Assembly: GCA_951406725.2 (NCBI GenBank)
Contig: OX597820.1
Coordinates: 83,576,001-83,640,000 of the forward strand
Source of the DNA: Octopus vulgaris
Lineage: Eukaryota
Direction of reading: 5' to 3'
DNA: 64,000 nucleotides
The notes under the pieces were generated by a model that did not search any database, was not told the origin of the DNA, and worked only from the letters and a program-made list of their open reading frames with translations. The position numbers and the translations under genes are program-made. This document shows, piece after piece, positions 39,204-51,960 of the stretch. The stretch's first letter is position 1; each line of letters opens with the position of its first letter.

Positions 39204-40731
39204 ATATAAAAATTCCATAGAGATTGCTAGGATGGTGTGTTGACAGCACCTCCTTCTCTACGGATTGAAACAAGAATATTTGACAGAAGAAACTCCCTAA
39301 AGGCAACTTGACAACGTAACTTCGAGTCTCGAGGCTGATTCAATGGGATACCAGCACAGGCAGTGATCGGGTGGTTCCGTGGCATCGAGGATAATGCAGC
39401 CTGCAGATCCACCCACTTCGGAATCGTGCATTTCTGCCCTTCAGTATGGAAGCTTCTATTCTTGAAGGCCTTAGATTTCTCTAGGACATTCACATTATAA
39501 GCTATCTCTGTGTCAGAATCCTCATGAAATTTATAGAATCAATCTTGACTAATGACCATGTTTACTGGGTTCGACGCTTGTATTGAAAGTTACGGTGGAA
39601 CTGAAATTAGTATACATGTCGGGTTATTTATCTTGGAGTATACGTTTAGGAAGCGTAAACAAAACCTCCACCCTACCCGTAGGTCGACTCTCCATAGAAA
39701 CAACGGCTTGGCAGACTGAGGCTATTCAAGCAGCAACGCCATGGATGAGTTCATTGATGTTATAGTCACTGCGATGCATCAAAGATCACGCTCCATTACA
39801 TCTGTACACACGCATACTCACACAAACGGCTCACATAATTGCACCCACACGAGAGGTATTGACACATAAATACCTGATGTATGCATATAGACGCACCAGG
39901 TGTAATACACACATCCAAGCAACTTTCTACATACGTACCAACTTGGAAATTCCCTCATCTCAAGAGCGCATGCATGCATGCATGCATACACACACAGCAG
40001 CACACGTAGAACAGATACACACGCTAACGGACTAAAGTAGCATGTATATCCACCAAACAACCCACAGCTGCAACTGGCTTCGCGAACGATTCTCTCTTTT
40101 GTGCCAAGAAAGCGAGGCGCTACCAATATCCTGTACAATCGTGTCAATATAGAAATACGTATTGGGATTTTTCATCTAATGATGTTGATGTATTTACAAA
40201 ACAACGATACATGCTTAGACAAATAGCAGCCGAATTTCCAGTCATCACCTTGAACTTTCTCCAGTCAGTGACTGAAGCGTGAAACGCTTGGTTTTACGAG
40301 CACAGTAATCTTTAATTTGCTCGTAGTGTTTTCGATTTGTTATAAAAAATTTTCAACTGTAATTCTTGATCCAATTCTCAGGTACACAGTAGTTACAATT
40401 GTTGCTGTTGGTTGAGCAATTTTCTTTAAATGTAGTTTCATCACATCAAACAATACTCTCTTTCTAGAAACTGTGCATCTACATATCTGGGCAAGCACCT
40501 TATCAGCTTTTAACGTGTTTATACATTGTTTGGGACATATGAGCGCACACGGACTCACACAGGCAAACACATAAACACACGCGCACGTACCCACCACCTA
40601 TGTCTATAAGCGGTAAAAAGTCAATAATTGTGTGGCTGAAATGAATACTGAAAATGAAGTTGATAATGGAAGAATAATTAATCATTATTAATAATATCCA
40701 ACATAATGAATGTGATATGTGTCAATGGTGA

Positions 40732-41340
40732 AAGGAGCGAGCTGGCAGAAACGTTAGCACGACGGACGAAATTCTTAGCGGTGTTTCGTCTGCCGCTACG
40801 TTCTGAGTTCAAATTCCGCCGAGGTCGACTTTGCCTTTCATCCTTTCGGGATCTATTAAATAAGTACCAGTTACGCACTGTGGTCGATATAATCGACTTA
40901 ATCCGTTTGTCTGTCCTTGTTTGTCCTCCCTGTGTTTAGTCCCGTGTGGGTAGTAAAGAAATAAGTATTTCGTCTGCCGCTGTGTTCTGAGTTCAAATTC
41001 CGCCGAGGTTAACTTTGTATTTCATCCTTTCGGGTCGATAAATTAAGTACCAGTTACGCACTGGGGTCGACGTAATCACCTTAATCCCTTTGTCTATCTT
41101 TGTTTCTCCCCTCTATGTTTAGCCCCTTGTGGGCAATAAAGAAATAAAACAATTTAGCACACCGGACGAAATGCCTAGCGGTATTTCTTCTGTCTTTACG
41201 TTCTGAGTTCAAATTTCGCTGAGGTCGACTTTGCCTGTCATCCTTTCGGGGTCGATAAATTAAGTACCAGTTGAGATCTAATCGACTGACCTCCTCACCT
41301 CAAAAATTTCCGGCCTTGTGCCTAGAGTAGAAAAGAATAT
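40732..41340 (+). mobile_element. Tandem SINE trimer
   Basis: Units at about 40732-40963, 40964-41147 and 41154-41340, each containing gttctgagttcaaatt..gc.gaggt..actttg. Confidence 0.92.
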
Positions 41341-41519
41341 GCGTGAATGGTAAATATTAATAAATAATGATAATGATAATATCATAATAAAAAGAAAAAT
41401 CTTGAAAATGAATTATAAAATGAATGGGAAGCAAAATTTAATTAAAAACCTACCGTTCCTAATTTTAATAGAAAAGTGATATTTATGAAAGAACTAATAA
41501 TAATGATTTGAATAACAAA

Positions 41520-42030
41520 AGCTTCAAAGCTTGGCAGAAGGCCAGTAAGCTCTCGATAGACGATACGTTGATTAGATCGACCACTGTTCTCAACTAGTAC
41601 GTATTTCATCGAACCCAAAAGGATGAAAGCTAAAATTAGCATCGCTGGAATTTGAACTCAGATTCTTAAGACGGGCGAAATGCCGCTAAGATTTTGCCCA
41701 GTGTGTTAACGGTTCTGCCAGCTCATCAGCTTTATGAATAAATAAAAATTATAACAGCAATGATAAAACAACAACAACATTAATATTCCCTTCCGTTATA
41801 GGCACAAGGCCTAAAGTTTTAGGGGACAGTACAGTCAATTATATCAAATCTAGTGCATAACTGGTACGTATTTCATCGACCACACTGTACAACAAGGTAC
41901 TTATTTCATCGACTCCAAAAGGATGGAAGGCAAAGGTTAACTCGGAGGAATTAGAACTCAAAAAGTAACGACGAACGAAATACTGCTAAGTATTTCGTCC
42001 ATCGTGCTAAAGATTGTGCCGTCTCACCTA
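41520..42030 (-). mobile_element. Two degraded minus-strand SINE copies (about 41520-41735 and 41795-42030)
   Basis: Reverse complements of the SINE body (ggaatttgaactcaga, aaaggatgaaag, ttctgccagctc). Confidence 0.8.
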
Positions 42031-44349
42031 TTATAATGTTCAGGCATTCTTTTCTGTACTGTAGATAAGGCAATATGGCAAACACTTAATTAAATCTGCG
42101 GAGATTCTTGTTAAAAAACGTTCTCCTATTACTTGTTCTCCTACACTGTATTAGCCCTATCTTCAAATTCGAAGAATATATATTAACAGATCAATGCTTG
42201 GTATACACGTACGAATAGGAGATCCATTCCAAGCACACTTGAGCGGATATAAATAGTTATTATTCCTTTGAAAAATTGCAGTATGTCTCTTAAATGTGGT
42301 TATTACTTGGTTTCACGCTTGTAATGTCATGATCCTAGATAAGCTTCAATGGGTCAGTCTCAGAAAAATAAAACAACAACGTCAAAAACAGAATATACAT
42401 AAACAAATTAAATTCGTAAAGTAGAATCAATGTAAATTGAGATAAGAACAGCTACATGGAAATATGCCGAATTTACTAAAAATATTCAAATTCCAATACC
42501 AGTAAACATGTGAAAATTAAAATATTGTCTAACATAGTCAGTAATGTGGCATTAAAGCATTGAAATTTTTCCATAAAATGTAAATAGAGATTTCAAATTA
42601 GAAATTCAAAGCATGTGTGTAATTATTCATTATTCTCGTAAAATAATATCCAAATGCACATCAAGTATAAATACATACATTTCGGAGTTCAAAATATGTC
42701 ATATATATATATAAACATTCAAATACACACGCACACATGTCTGTATTTATGTATGTATGTTTGTATGTTTGTATGTATGTATGTTAGTATGTATATATGT
42801 ATGTACGTGCGTATGTATGTATATATGTGCAGGTGTTTATGTACGTATCTGTATATATGTTAAGCTTTTGTAAATTGAAAAATCAATTTCAAAACATTAT
42901 GGCAAAATTATGTGGAAAATACTTTTCTTTTTATAGTTTCTCAGAGAAATTTACATTCGCATCAGCACAGCCAGACAGTTGCTATTTATTAGTTGTATAA
43001 ACTAAATTACACTTCGTTGCTCTTTAATATATTTTAGTATTCTATATATTTCTTAGTATTTCTATATATTTCGTTTAAATTTAGCATATCCTTCAATTTT
43101 CGTTTATCCCTATTTGGATACAAATAGAAATATACAAATACATGAATAAAGAATCTATACATTTACATATACAATTACACATACAGACATGTATACGCTC
43201 ATATATATGCACAATAATTTATACATAATACATATAAATATTCAATAACTTAGCAATTAATGAGTGCATTTACAACTATGGAAAGTATGTATATGAATAC
43301 AAAACAACCTTCTCGCAGGCACATGAGAATATAGAATAGTTGATGCATAGAATTGTGAATTAGTTAAATTTAAAGGTTTTATTCTTATTTGGAGAGCGTT
43401 ATTTATTCATTAATAGGTCACATAGTACTACATAGTTTCTCGTCTTTTTATGTTAAAACATAAATCATATTCTATGATAAAGTTTTCACCTGCTATATAT
43501 AAGAAATCATAAGTTTCTCTGTCGCCGTAGACGTCTCTTTCACGTCGTTTCTTTAGAATATCGACAATATTTGAATCAAGAGCATCGGGTTACTAGATTA
43601 AGCTGTCTAGCTTTCCTTCATTACACCTCACATTCCCTGCGCCTATTTCCAGATTTCTCTTGCAAATTTTAATACATCTTTTTCGATAATATCCCTTGTG
43701 TTGGATGAAAGTACATACGGCCATTATAACTATCCCTGCTGCATTACTGGGTGCACATCACTTTAATTTCAAAATCTCTCATGCGCACAGACTCCAGTGG
43801 TTGATACACATTAGATCATCATTGGCATTCCTTTGCAATAATGAGTAATGGTTCTCCAAACCCTTTCAAGATAATTAGCCGGATTCGCATGCTGCAAATT
43901 ATCTTGCCTTATTAAATAGCGTTTTGACAACACCACAATAATTATGTCAGTTCCATTGTTCGGTTCCTCTCCTGTTCCCTCCAGGCATTTGTACATACAA
44001 GCACCAGCATTCGGTTTTGTCACGTAATTTAGCTTGTCAGTCGCAACCTGTAACAGGTGCACACTGTTGTACATAGCTCCGTATGTCAGCTTGATGCAGA
44101 GTTGGAAACAAAATACAACACCTGCCAACATCTGAAGGAAAGCGTCTGCTTCTCATCTCATCATCTCACCACGAGCTACGCCCTCCGTATACATTCCACA
44201 CACAAATATATATATATATGTGTGTGTTTGTGGGTATAAGTGTATATACATACATATATACGTACATATATATATATATATATACATATATATATACAAA
44301 TGTATATGTATATAGATATATGTATCTCTCTCTCTCTCTCTCTCTCTCT

Positions 44350-44413
<64 letters not shown>

Positions 44414-45389
44414 TATATATATAATGCATTACATGTGGCAAGATACCGAATTTTCTCAATGCAAAATGCAAAGGATGGTAAACGTCCTTTAACTCCTATC
44501 CGAAGTTACATTTTTTTCTTGGTTACTTAGAATGTAAAGTACATCATTGATAAATGTATTGATAAAAACGATAATAAAGAATTTGAACATTTAAATTTAT
44601 GTTTATTTCCATTTAGCTTATTCATAATAATTGCTCTGTACGTGTTTCCATCTTACTAATAGAGTATCGTTGCATATTTATATGCAACACTATATGTATC
44701 GTTAGCACGATCTGTCATTGTTTAAAGAGGAAACTTCCTCTGTTATTAGTCTCTAATTAGTCCTGAGTTATCCATTGCATAAATTAGTGGTTTAATGAAA
44801 GCGTAATTGTTTGAGATATCTATTAGAAGAACTTCTGTTTTGTTTTTATTAGGAATATTCTTGTAGATATTCAATTACTTCTAAAGTACCAGACTATTGT
44901 TTCAGACTAATGATGTTCTTAAGAGGAAGAGTAGGAATATATTTATCGATGACGTATTTACGAATCAGGAGATAATTTTTTTCCGATAACGAGGAAATAA
45001 TATAATTTATTTCATAAACGAAGTTTCATAATCGTATTCTACAACTCTAAAAAATTAGCTGAAATTATAGGGGCATTAACATTAATAAGGTAACTAAAAA
45101 TGACAACCAAAGTAAAGAAAATACTAGTGAATCCTATAATAATAATACCATTTTAAAAACGATAGTAAGATGATTAATCTAAATTCTATTGAAGCAACCG
45201 CTAAGGAAATTAACAATAATCAAGATGAAGATACCCAATTAAATAATTCTATAGATCTTATAACTAAAAGACAGGCACACATGGTGACAAGAAAGAGTAG
45301 CGACTAATATCAAAGATTAAATGAACATTTGCGGAGAGAAAATGACGACCAAAAACAATTCACCATACATTGCTGAAATGCCAAAGACG

Positions 45390-45934
45390 TAGATTGGGTC
45401 CACGTTGCAGACTGTGTTCTTCCAGAAAGTCAATCTGGTTTTCGTATGGGACGTGGCACTGCTGATACGATCTTTTCAGCTAGACAGATTCAGGAGGGGT
45501 GTGTGGAACAGGGTCTGGATTTATATCAGTTATTTGTTGATCTTACAAAAGCCTTTGGTACCGTTAATAGAAATGCACACTGTGGAATGTCCTCTAGAAA
45601 CTTGAGAGTCCTGAAAAGTTCCTTGATTTGGTTAGGTTTTTCATGAAGATATTAAGGGTAGGGTTATTGTTAGAGGGAGAATGTTGGAGCCTATATCAAA
45701 ATAAAATGGAGTGAAAGAAAGGGATATTCTGGTTTCGACCCTATCTGCCATATATTTTGCGATGGCTTTGTGTATTGAATTCAGAAACTGCAGATATCAC
45801 ACTTCTGGCAGCATATTTAATATCAGGCGCTTTGCTGCAAAAACAAAGGCATTTACCTCTCTCATAACAGACTTTTTTGTATGCAGATGATTGTGATCTA
45901 GTAGCGCACAAAGAGATTGATATGCAATCTCTTA

Positions 45935-45935
<1 letters not shown>
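45390..45935 (+). mobile_element. RTE-clade LINE reverse transcriptase remnant
   Basis: VLPESQSGFRMGRGTADTIFSARQIQEGCVEQGLDLYQLFVDLTKAFGTVNR, GVKEGDIL and YADDCDLVAH. Truncated at a (TA)n tract. Confidence 0.92.
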
Positions 45936-45996
<61 letters not shown>

Positions 45997-46035
45997 AATG
46001 AAAGACGAAAGATGGAATATACGAGGATTTATTAA

Positions 46036-46110
46036 TCACGACAATTGTTTCGAGCATCAATCCCTGGTTGGTGGTACGCTCAATACCTGGCTCATAATCT
46101 TCATGTTGTG
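46036..46110 (-). ncRNA. Degenerate hammerhead in PLE pLTR remnant
   Basis: Minus strand reads ATGAAGA-ttat-GAGC...GCTC-GAA-ACAATTGT-C-GTG. C3 is mutated and stem I is poor. Confidence 0.4.
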
Positions 46111-46274
46111 CAGATTTATCTCATCGAGTGATAAATAGATACATCTCGATAAATTATCGGAGATTTAGAAATAATAATATTTCTATTTTTGAAAACCAGT
46201 GGATGTGTTCCACTGAATATGTGCAAACCTTCGAACAAAAGCTCAACAGCGACCCCTGCTGCTTTCAGCTACTC

Positions 46275-46313
46275 CACATTGATAACGGGAAAATACCCCG
46301 AAACTAGTCTGTG
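46275..46313 (+). ncRNA. Minimal type-I hammerhead with U3-A8 core
   Basis: CACA-TTGATAA-C-GGG(aaaatac)CCC-GAA-ACTAGT-C-TGTG: perfect 4-bp stem I, 3-bp stem II, palindromic stem III and GUC site. Confidence 0.65.
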
Positions 46314-46544
46314 AACGCTGATGACCTCCCCTGTTCGAAAGTTGTAATAGACACAGATTTGTGTGTCACATAGCTAGGTTGAGGCGATGGACTCTTGGAG
46401 CTGATCGATAGCAGCATTCATCCTACTTTTCTGGACTGTGAGATTGGCGATATCTCTTAATACCCAGTACTGCTGTAGTAGTATCCTTTAGAGAAATTTA
46501 GAAATAATATTTCTGTATTTATAATTAGATATGTCTTAGATTTT

Positions 46545-46730
46545 TGCCTTGCTTTTAGTCATTAGACGGCCGCCTTGCTGCGGTACCGCCTTGAAGAATT
46601 GTTATCGAGTAAACCGACTCTGATACTTATATTTTGAAACCTGGTACTTATTCTAGCGTTCACCTGTTGCCAAACCGCTAAGTTACGGGGACACAAACTC
46701 ACCAACAACGGTTGTCAAGCATGGAGTCAA
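46545..46730 (-). mobile_element. 3' half of the 281-720 SINE family
   Basis: gccaaaccgctaagttacggggac...caccaacaacggttgtcaagca is the reverse complement of 545-600. Confidence 0.8.
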
Positions 46731-47232
46731 ATACAGAACCAAAGAAAGACAGACAGAGAGACAATAAGACCACAACCATATTGTTTTATCTTGGGAGGAT
46801 CATTTTGCTAATAAATAACACGCTGAAACAGTTTCCCTTTTTATGTCTGATGGTTAATTCTTTCAATATTTAACAAAGCGGCTGATCTCTCACTTGATTA
46901 ATCAGTCGGCAGATCAATGAATGACCTGTCTATCAATGTCTTTTCATAAACATTCGTGACGTCATTAATGATATGCTCTTTCTTCAAATCTGCCCGTATT
47001 CGAATTAATACCCCAGTTTATGTAGTTGTAGCTGCATATATTATATCTTAAAGGAAGGGAGTGAATAAATTAGTTGTGCGTGTCTAAGCGTTTGCAGAGA
47101 TGTGTACATGTATGCACATGCATTTGGGTGAGTGAATATGTGTACGTACGTACGTATGTATGTTTGTATGTATATGAAAATCCCTCTATCTTCCTACATA
47201 TCTGTATGTATGCACACACACACACACTCCCC

Positions 47233-47297
<65 letters not shown>

Positions 47298-49826
47298 ATC
47301 CAAACAAGAAAACACAGAAAAAATCACACATACACATGATTTTACGACAACATACACATCAAGTGTATATTTTAAAACGAAAATAAAATATCAATGAAAG
47401 TAAACTTGCAACGCCTGCAGTAAATGAATCCATAAACCAAAAGCAGGGGGATCGTGGAAATAATAAATTAACGTTTTCCTCGTTTTTTCATCGTGTTTGA
47501 TATTTCAGGCCTAGAGGTTACGTGAAACATCCCCGCCGCTAGTGCATATTACACACCGTGGCAAATTTCTGCTTGCATTTCTAATTCTGGAATTTCAAAG
47601 TTTGCCCGTTAAAATGAAGAGAGTAGGCGAAGATCTCTGTTGTAAATAGTTCTTAAGATTCGCATGTCGCTATAAGTGTGAAATTTAAAATACAGACAAG
47701 AAACTGTTGAACAATTCAGTGTATCATTTTCTTTCACCAATCTTGCTGATCAGTAATTTTTTTTCTGATTTGAATATAATCTGTTAGATTATATCAAATA
47801 ATTACTATATTGAAAATTAGTGTAATATGAAATATGACAATTGTAGTTGGAGTCTTCGGCACATGCTATGCGCTCACATATGCCTTAAAGTTAATAATCG
47901 TACAAATTAGATAGAAGAAAAAAAACCTGTGAAATAGAAAATTAAGAGCAATTGTTCTTTGTGGGCATGAATCATCTATATGGAAAGTAAGAAGTAAATA
48001 TAGACTCCGACTTCAGTTCTGAAAAGATGCCTATAATGCTATATATATTGTATGACAAAAACAAGAAATTGAGTGGGTAGATATTCCAAGCTATAAAACT
48101 TGTCTGTACATTGCGCAAAGACAGAACATAAGGTTATTAGAAAATGTAACGTTAAAGTATGAAGATATAAAATTCTAACTTAAAGGAAAAGTGTAATACA
48201 CGAAGACTTCTTGATCAAAATAATTTCGAAAAACTAAAGTGCATTGAAACTAAAGGCTATTATTTCGCGCCGTCTGAAGTCACATTTTTGCCACATTGTT
48301 GCCAATTCTTTGATCTCATGATGTTAGTAGTTCTTGTACTTTAAGGCGAAGAACTCTTTTCTTGAAGCTTCCGGCTCCTCTTGGTTGATGAAATATTTTG
48401 AGCGCAGGAACAGAGCGATGAATCGGAATAAGCAATAACCCAAAGGAGATAAATATTTGTGGTTATCAGTTTTGATGCGTTGAAATCTTATTTTTGTCTT
48501 CCAGGTGTATCATACTTTGTACGAAGAATAACTGTAGAGATGACTTTAAAAAATAATGTTTAAATGCTACATTAAACATTCTCTTCATACCTTCCTCTGC
48601 TTTATCATTACTTTTAAGCTATTCCCCTGTTCTCTTGTTTCCTTTATTTTCTATTTTGCATTTCTACGTCTCTATTTTTCCCTTTTCTTTTTTCCATTTT
48701 TTTTACTTCTTTTATCTCAACTCTTGCCTATACTCATTAATTTTTATTTCAATTTCAATTTAATCTCACTAACTTTTGACTTCTAATATACTACTTCTAA
48801 CCATTTGCAATATAAATTGCTAGATAGTCTATTATATTCAGTAATATGTTTAGCCTTTTCATCACATTTTTATATAAAAAAATTTTTTTAAACTTTATTA
48901 TACTTATTTTTCCACTACGAATTACGCCTACTTACTGGCATTTATGCACCTTTATATTTTCAAATTAGTTACCCAATCAGATTTAAATGCTTATTGCTTG
49001 AACTGGTATCTACAACATATATATACTCGCACTTTTTAAAATTTCATTACAATGAAACTGTGTGCAACTGCTTGTGCTATATTTTTTTTCGGCTTTAATA
49101 AAATAGCATTTGAACTATCTTTTTAGTATTCGAGAGTTTACCGCCTTCTTTTGTACACACATACACACACATATTATATATGCACATGACGAGCACGTTC
49201 AAATAACTTTGCTTTGCAAGGTGTGTAAACATAATGTAAACAAGCTACAACAGAGCCACTGAACATTACTAGTTATTGCACAGAATATAAGCCATGGATC
49301 TCTAAATCGTTTGAAATTTCTCTGTCCAAATTTATACGAACATTTAATGTCGTACAGTTCATCTCTGATGTGATACAATATTTATTTTCTCTGAATTCAA
49401 GTTAATATTTAGCAATGATTGAATATGTTATGTTGCCAACTGTCATTAAGTTAGGTTTCCTGTCATATCTGAGTTTGAATTACCTTACGATAGTTAATAT
49501 GTTTATATTTCGTTCCTGTCTGATGCACGATATGGTATCATGATTATACACTACGGACCCGGTCACGTTTTGAGATGACTTAATCAAGCTATGTTAGGTA
49601 CGATGTACATAGGCACAGACATATTCATACCTACCTACCTACCTACCTACATACATACATACATACATACATACATGCATATCTACATTTATACATTCAC
49701 ACTTACAAACTTACATACATATATACATATAAACGCGCACGTACACAAGAATATAACATGATAAAGAAGCCAAACCAAATAGCGATATTTGTGATCTCTC
49801 TCTCACACACACTCTCTCTCTCTCTC

Positions 49827-49883
<57 letters not shown>

Positions 49884-50093
49884 AGTTCAGTTATTGGGAT
49901 TTCAATCAAGAGGTTTGTGGGTGTTCCATTTCAAATAATGCAAATAGGACATAACGAGTATCTATGATGGAAAACTTGTGGCATCTATATGCACATCAAT
50001 AAATAATACTTGAGGATAAAGCCATTATAATACCATGGTATAAAATATGCCACCTTAATTAACCCTTACTTGACGTAAAATTATAATCAGAGA

Positions 50094-50177
50094 AGAACAA
50101 CGCGTGTTTCTGTATTGGAAGATCAGAATATATGTAATCATAAGATTTATAATTCTGCCAGCACATCTTCAGGTGCA
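50094..50177 (-). ncRNA. Hammerhead with long stem II (left arm)
   Basis: gcac-CTGAAGA-TGTGCTGG...CCAATACA-GAA-ACACGCGT-T-GTTC. Confidence 0.6.
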
Positions 50178-50734
50178 CTTATTTTAAATGACCATAAAAA
50201 TTAATAGTTAAATTGAAAATTAAAAATAAACTTTACAAAATTAAGAATTAAAAGTTCTGAATTCTAAATTCTAAATATAAATAAGCACACATATATCAAA
50301 CTAGGAATATCAAATATAGAATGTCAAATGTAAAATTGTAAATCAGAATGAAGTGGTCTATGATTAAATGTAAAAAATAAAGTTACATAAACTTTAGAAA
50401 ATTAAGAATTAGAACTTATAAATTATAAATGATAAATTATAAATATAAATTAGCATATATATATCAATCTCGGAATGTTAAATATAAAATTATGAATCAG
50501 AATGAAGAGGTCTTGTTATTAAATGTAAACAATTAAGATATGTGTCTTTATTTTTTACTTTTAAAAACAGACCGTTCATTCCGAGTCATAAATTTATATT
50601 TGACATTCTACATTTGACATTCTAAGTTTGATATATGCATGCTAATCTATATTTATAATTTATGATTTATAATTTTTAATTTAACGCTTAGTTTCTATGG
50701 TGATTTAAATAAGCTGAACGATATTTTGAAAAAT

Positions 50735-50817
50735 GAAGCTGAAGATGTGTTGGTAGAATTATAAGTCTGATGATTACATGTATTCTGATCTTCCAATACA
50801 GAAACACGTGTAATCCC
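50735..50817 (+). ncRNA. Hammerhead with long stem II (right arm)
   Basis: gaag-CTGAAGA-TGTGTTGG-TAGAAT...ATTCTG..CCAATACA-GAA-ACACGTGT-A: 8-bp stem II, palindromic stem III and GUA site. Stem I is decayed. Confidence 0.65.
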
Positions 50818-51214
50818 TTTCTAATTATAATTTGAACTCAAGTAACGGCTAATTAAGGTAGTATATTTTATACCCTGCTATTATACTGGTGTTATCCTCA
50901 AGTACTATTTCTTGATGAGCATATAAATACCACTAGTTTTCCATCATAATTACTCGTGATGCTCTTTTTGCATCATCTGAAATGGAATAGCCACAAAGCT
51001 GTTGATTGAAATCCCAATAACTGAACTTTTACTAATTTCTATTATTATATATTATGTATATTTCTATATAAATATATTATAATCATGAACCCGCCGCACG
51101 ATATGATGATGTGGAATACACGCTATATATTCTCTATATTAAAATGCATGTGATGTTAAAGGATGTGTAGTTGATCGAATTGGCTGGAAATTCGTTTTCC
51201 CACAGTATCTGATA

Positions 51215-51960
51215 TATATATATATATACCGTTTAGTATGGGAAACCGCATATACTTAATAGTCACAGATACTGTTAGAAGAGGGTGGCAACCGAAAGGA
51301 ATTAATCTATTCTCTCAGAAAGAAAAATATTCCAACAAATTGATTGCATATACCATAACAAAAGCAAAGTAAATCCCGATCTCTACCTTGCGGAGAAGCA
51401 CTCGGATTAGGTCTGAAAATACATATACAAATACAAATATTCCGTTTGTAATTACCCACTATCCTAGAAACCCCAATATCTTGCTCTCACCCAAATGATA
51501 CCTCCCAATTCTATATCAATCACAAAATATCCAACAAATAATTACAAAATCACAAACTATAAATAGTCGAAGAAAACCACCTAACCTCAAAGGACTCTTA
51601 ACACAGGTGGAATTAACATTTGAAAAATAAACGATGCGAGTAACCAAATCTAGGGAGTGGAAACTTGAGTTGCAAAACATAAAATTCTCCTCTACTGCAT
51701 TACATGTGCTACACTGTAATGAAAACTATGTTGGGGAGGCAGGAAGGAAACTGACCAGCCGTGTAACTGTGCATAACCAACAAATTAGGAATACATCTCT
51801 TAGGAATATCCCATACGGAGAACATCTAGATATCTGTGCAAATGGAACATTTAAAGTATTCCCATTTTGCAAAATAAACGATAAAAATGTACAACGACCG
51901 AGAGGCAAGAGAAGAATACTTCATTCTATATGAGAATTCTAAGTCTCAAATTGAACTGAA
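51215..51960 (+). mobile_element. Penelope-like element RT thumb and GIY-YIG remnant
   Basis: IPFSMGNRIYLIV, IPFVITHYPRNPNI, INSRRKPPNLKGLLT and LHCNENYVGEAGRKLTSRVTVHNQQIRNTSLRNIPYGEHLDIC. Confidence 0.88.

Larger units (their letters stand above)
49884..51027. mobile_element. 1.14-kb foldback: inverted pair of PLE pLTR-like repeats, each with a hammerhead
   Basis: Outer arms at about 49884-50172 and 50739-51027 are inverted, with the terminal AGTTCAGTTATTGGGATTTCAATCAA identical. Inner AT-rich segments are also inverted and locally duplicated. Confidence 0.85.

Noticed and set aside
39227-39765. Higher-complexity stretch with a weak RNase H-like QW/IPAQ motif
   Set aside because: It needs a frameshift and has no second motif. 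It is probably an old TE but cannot be assigned.
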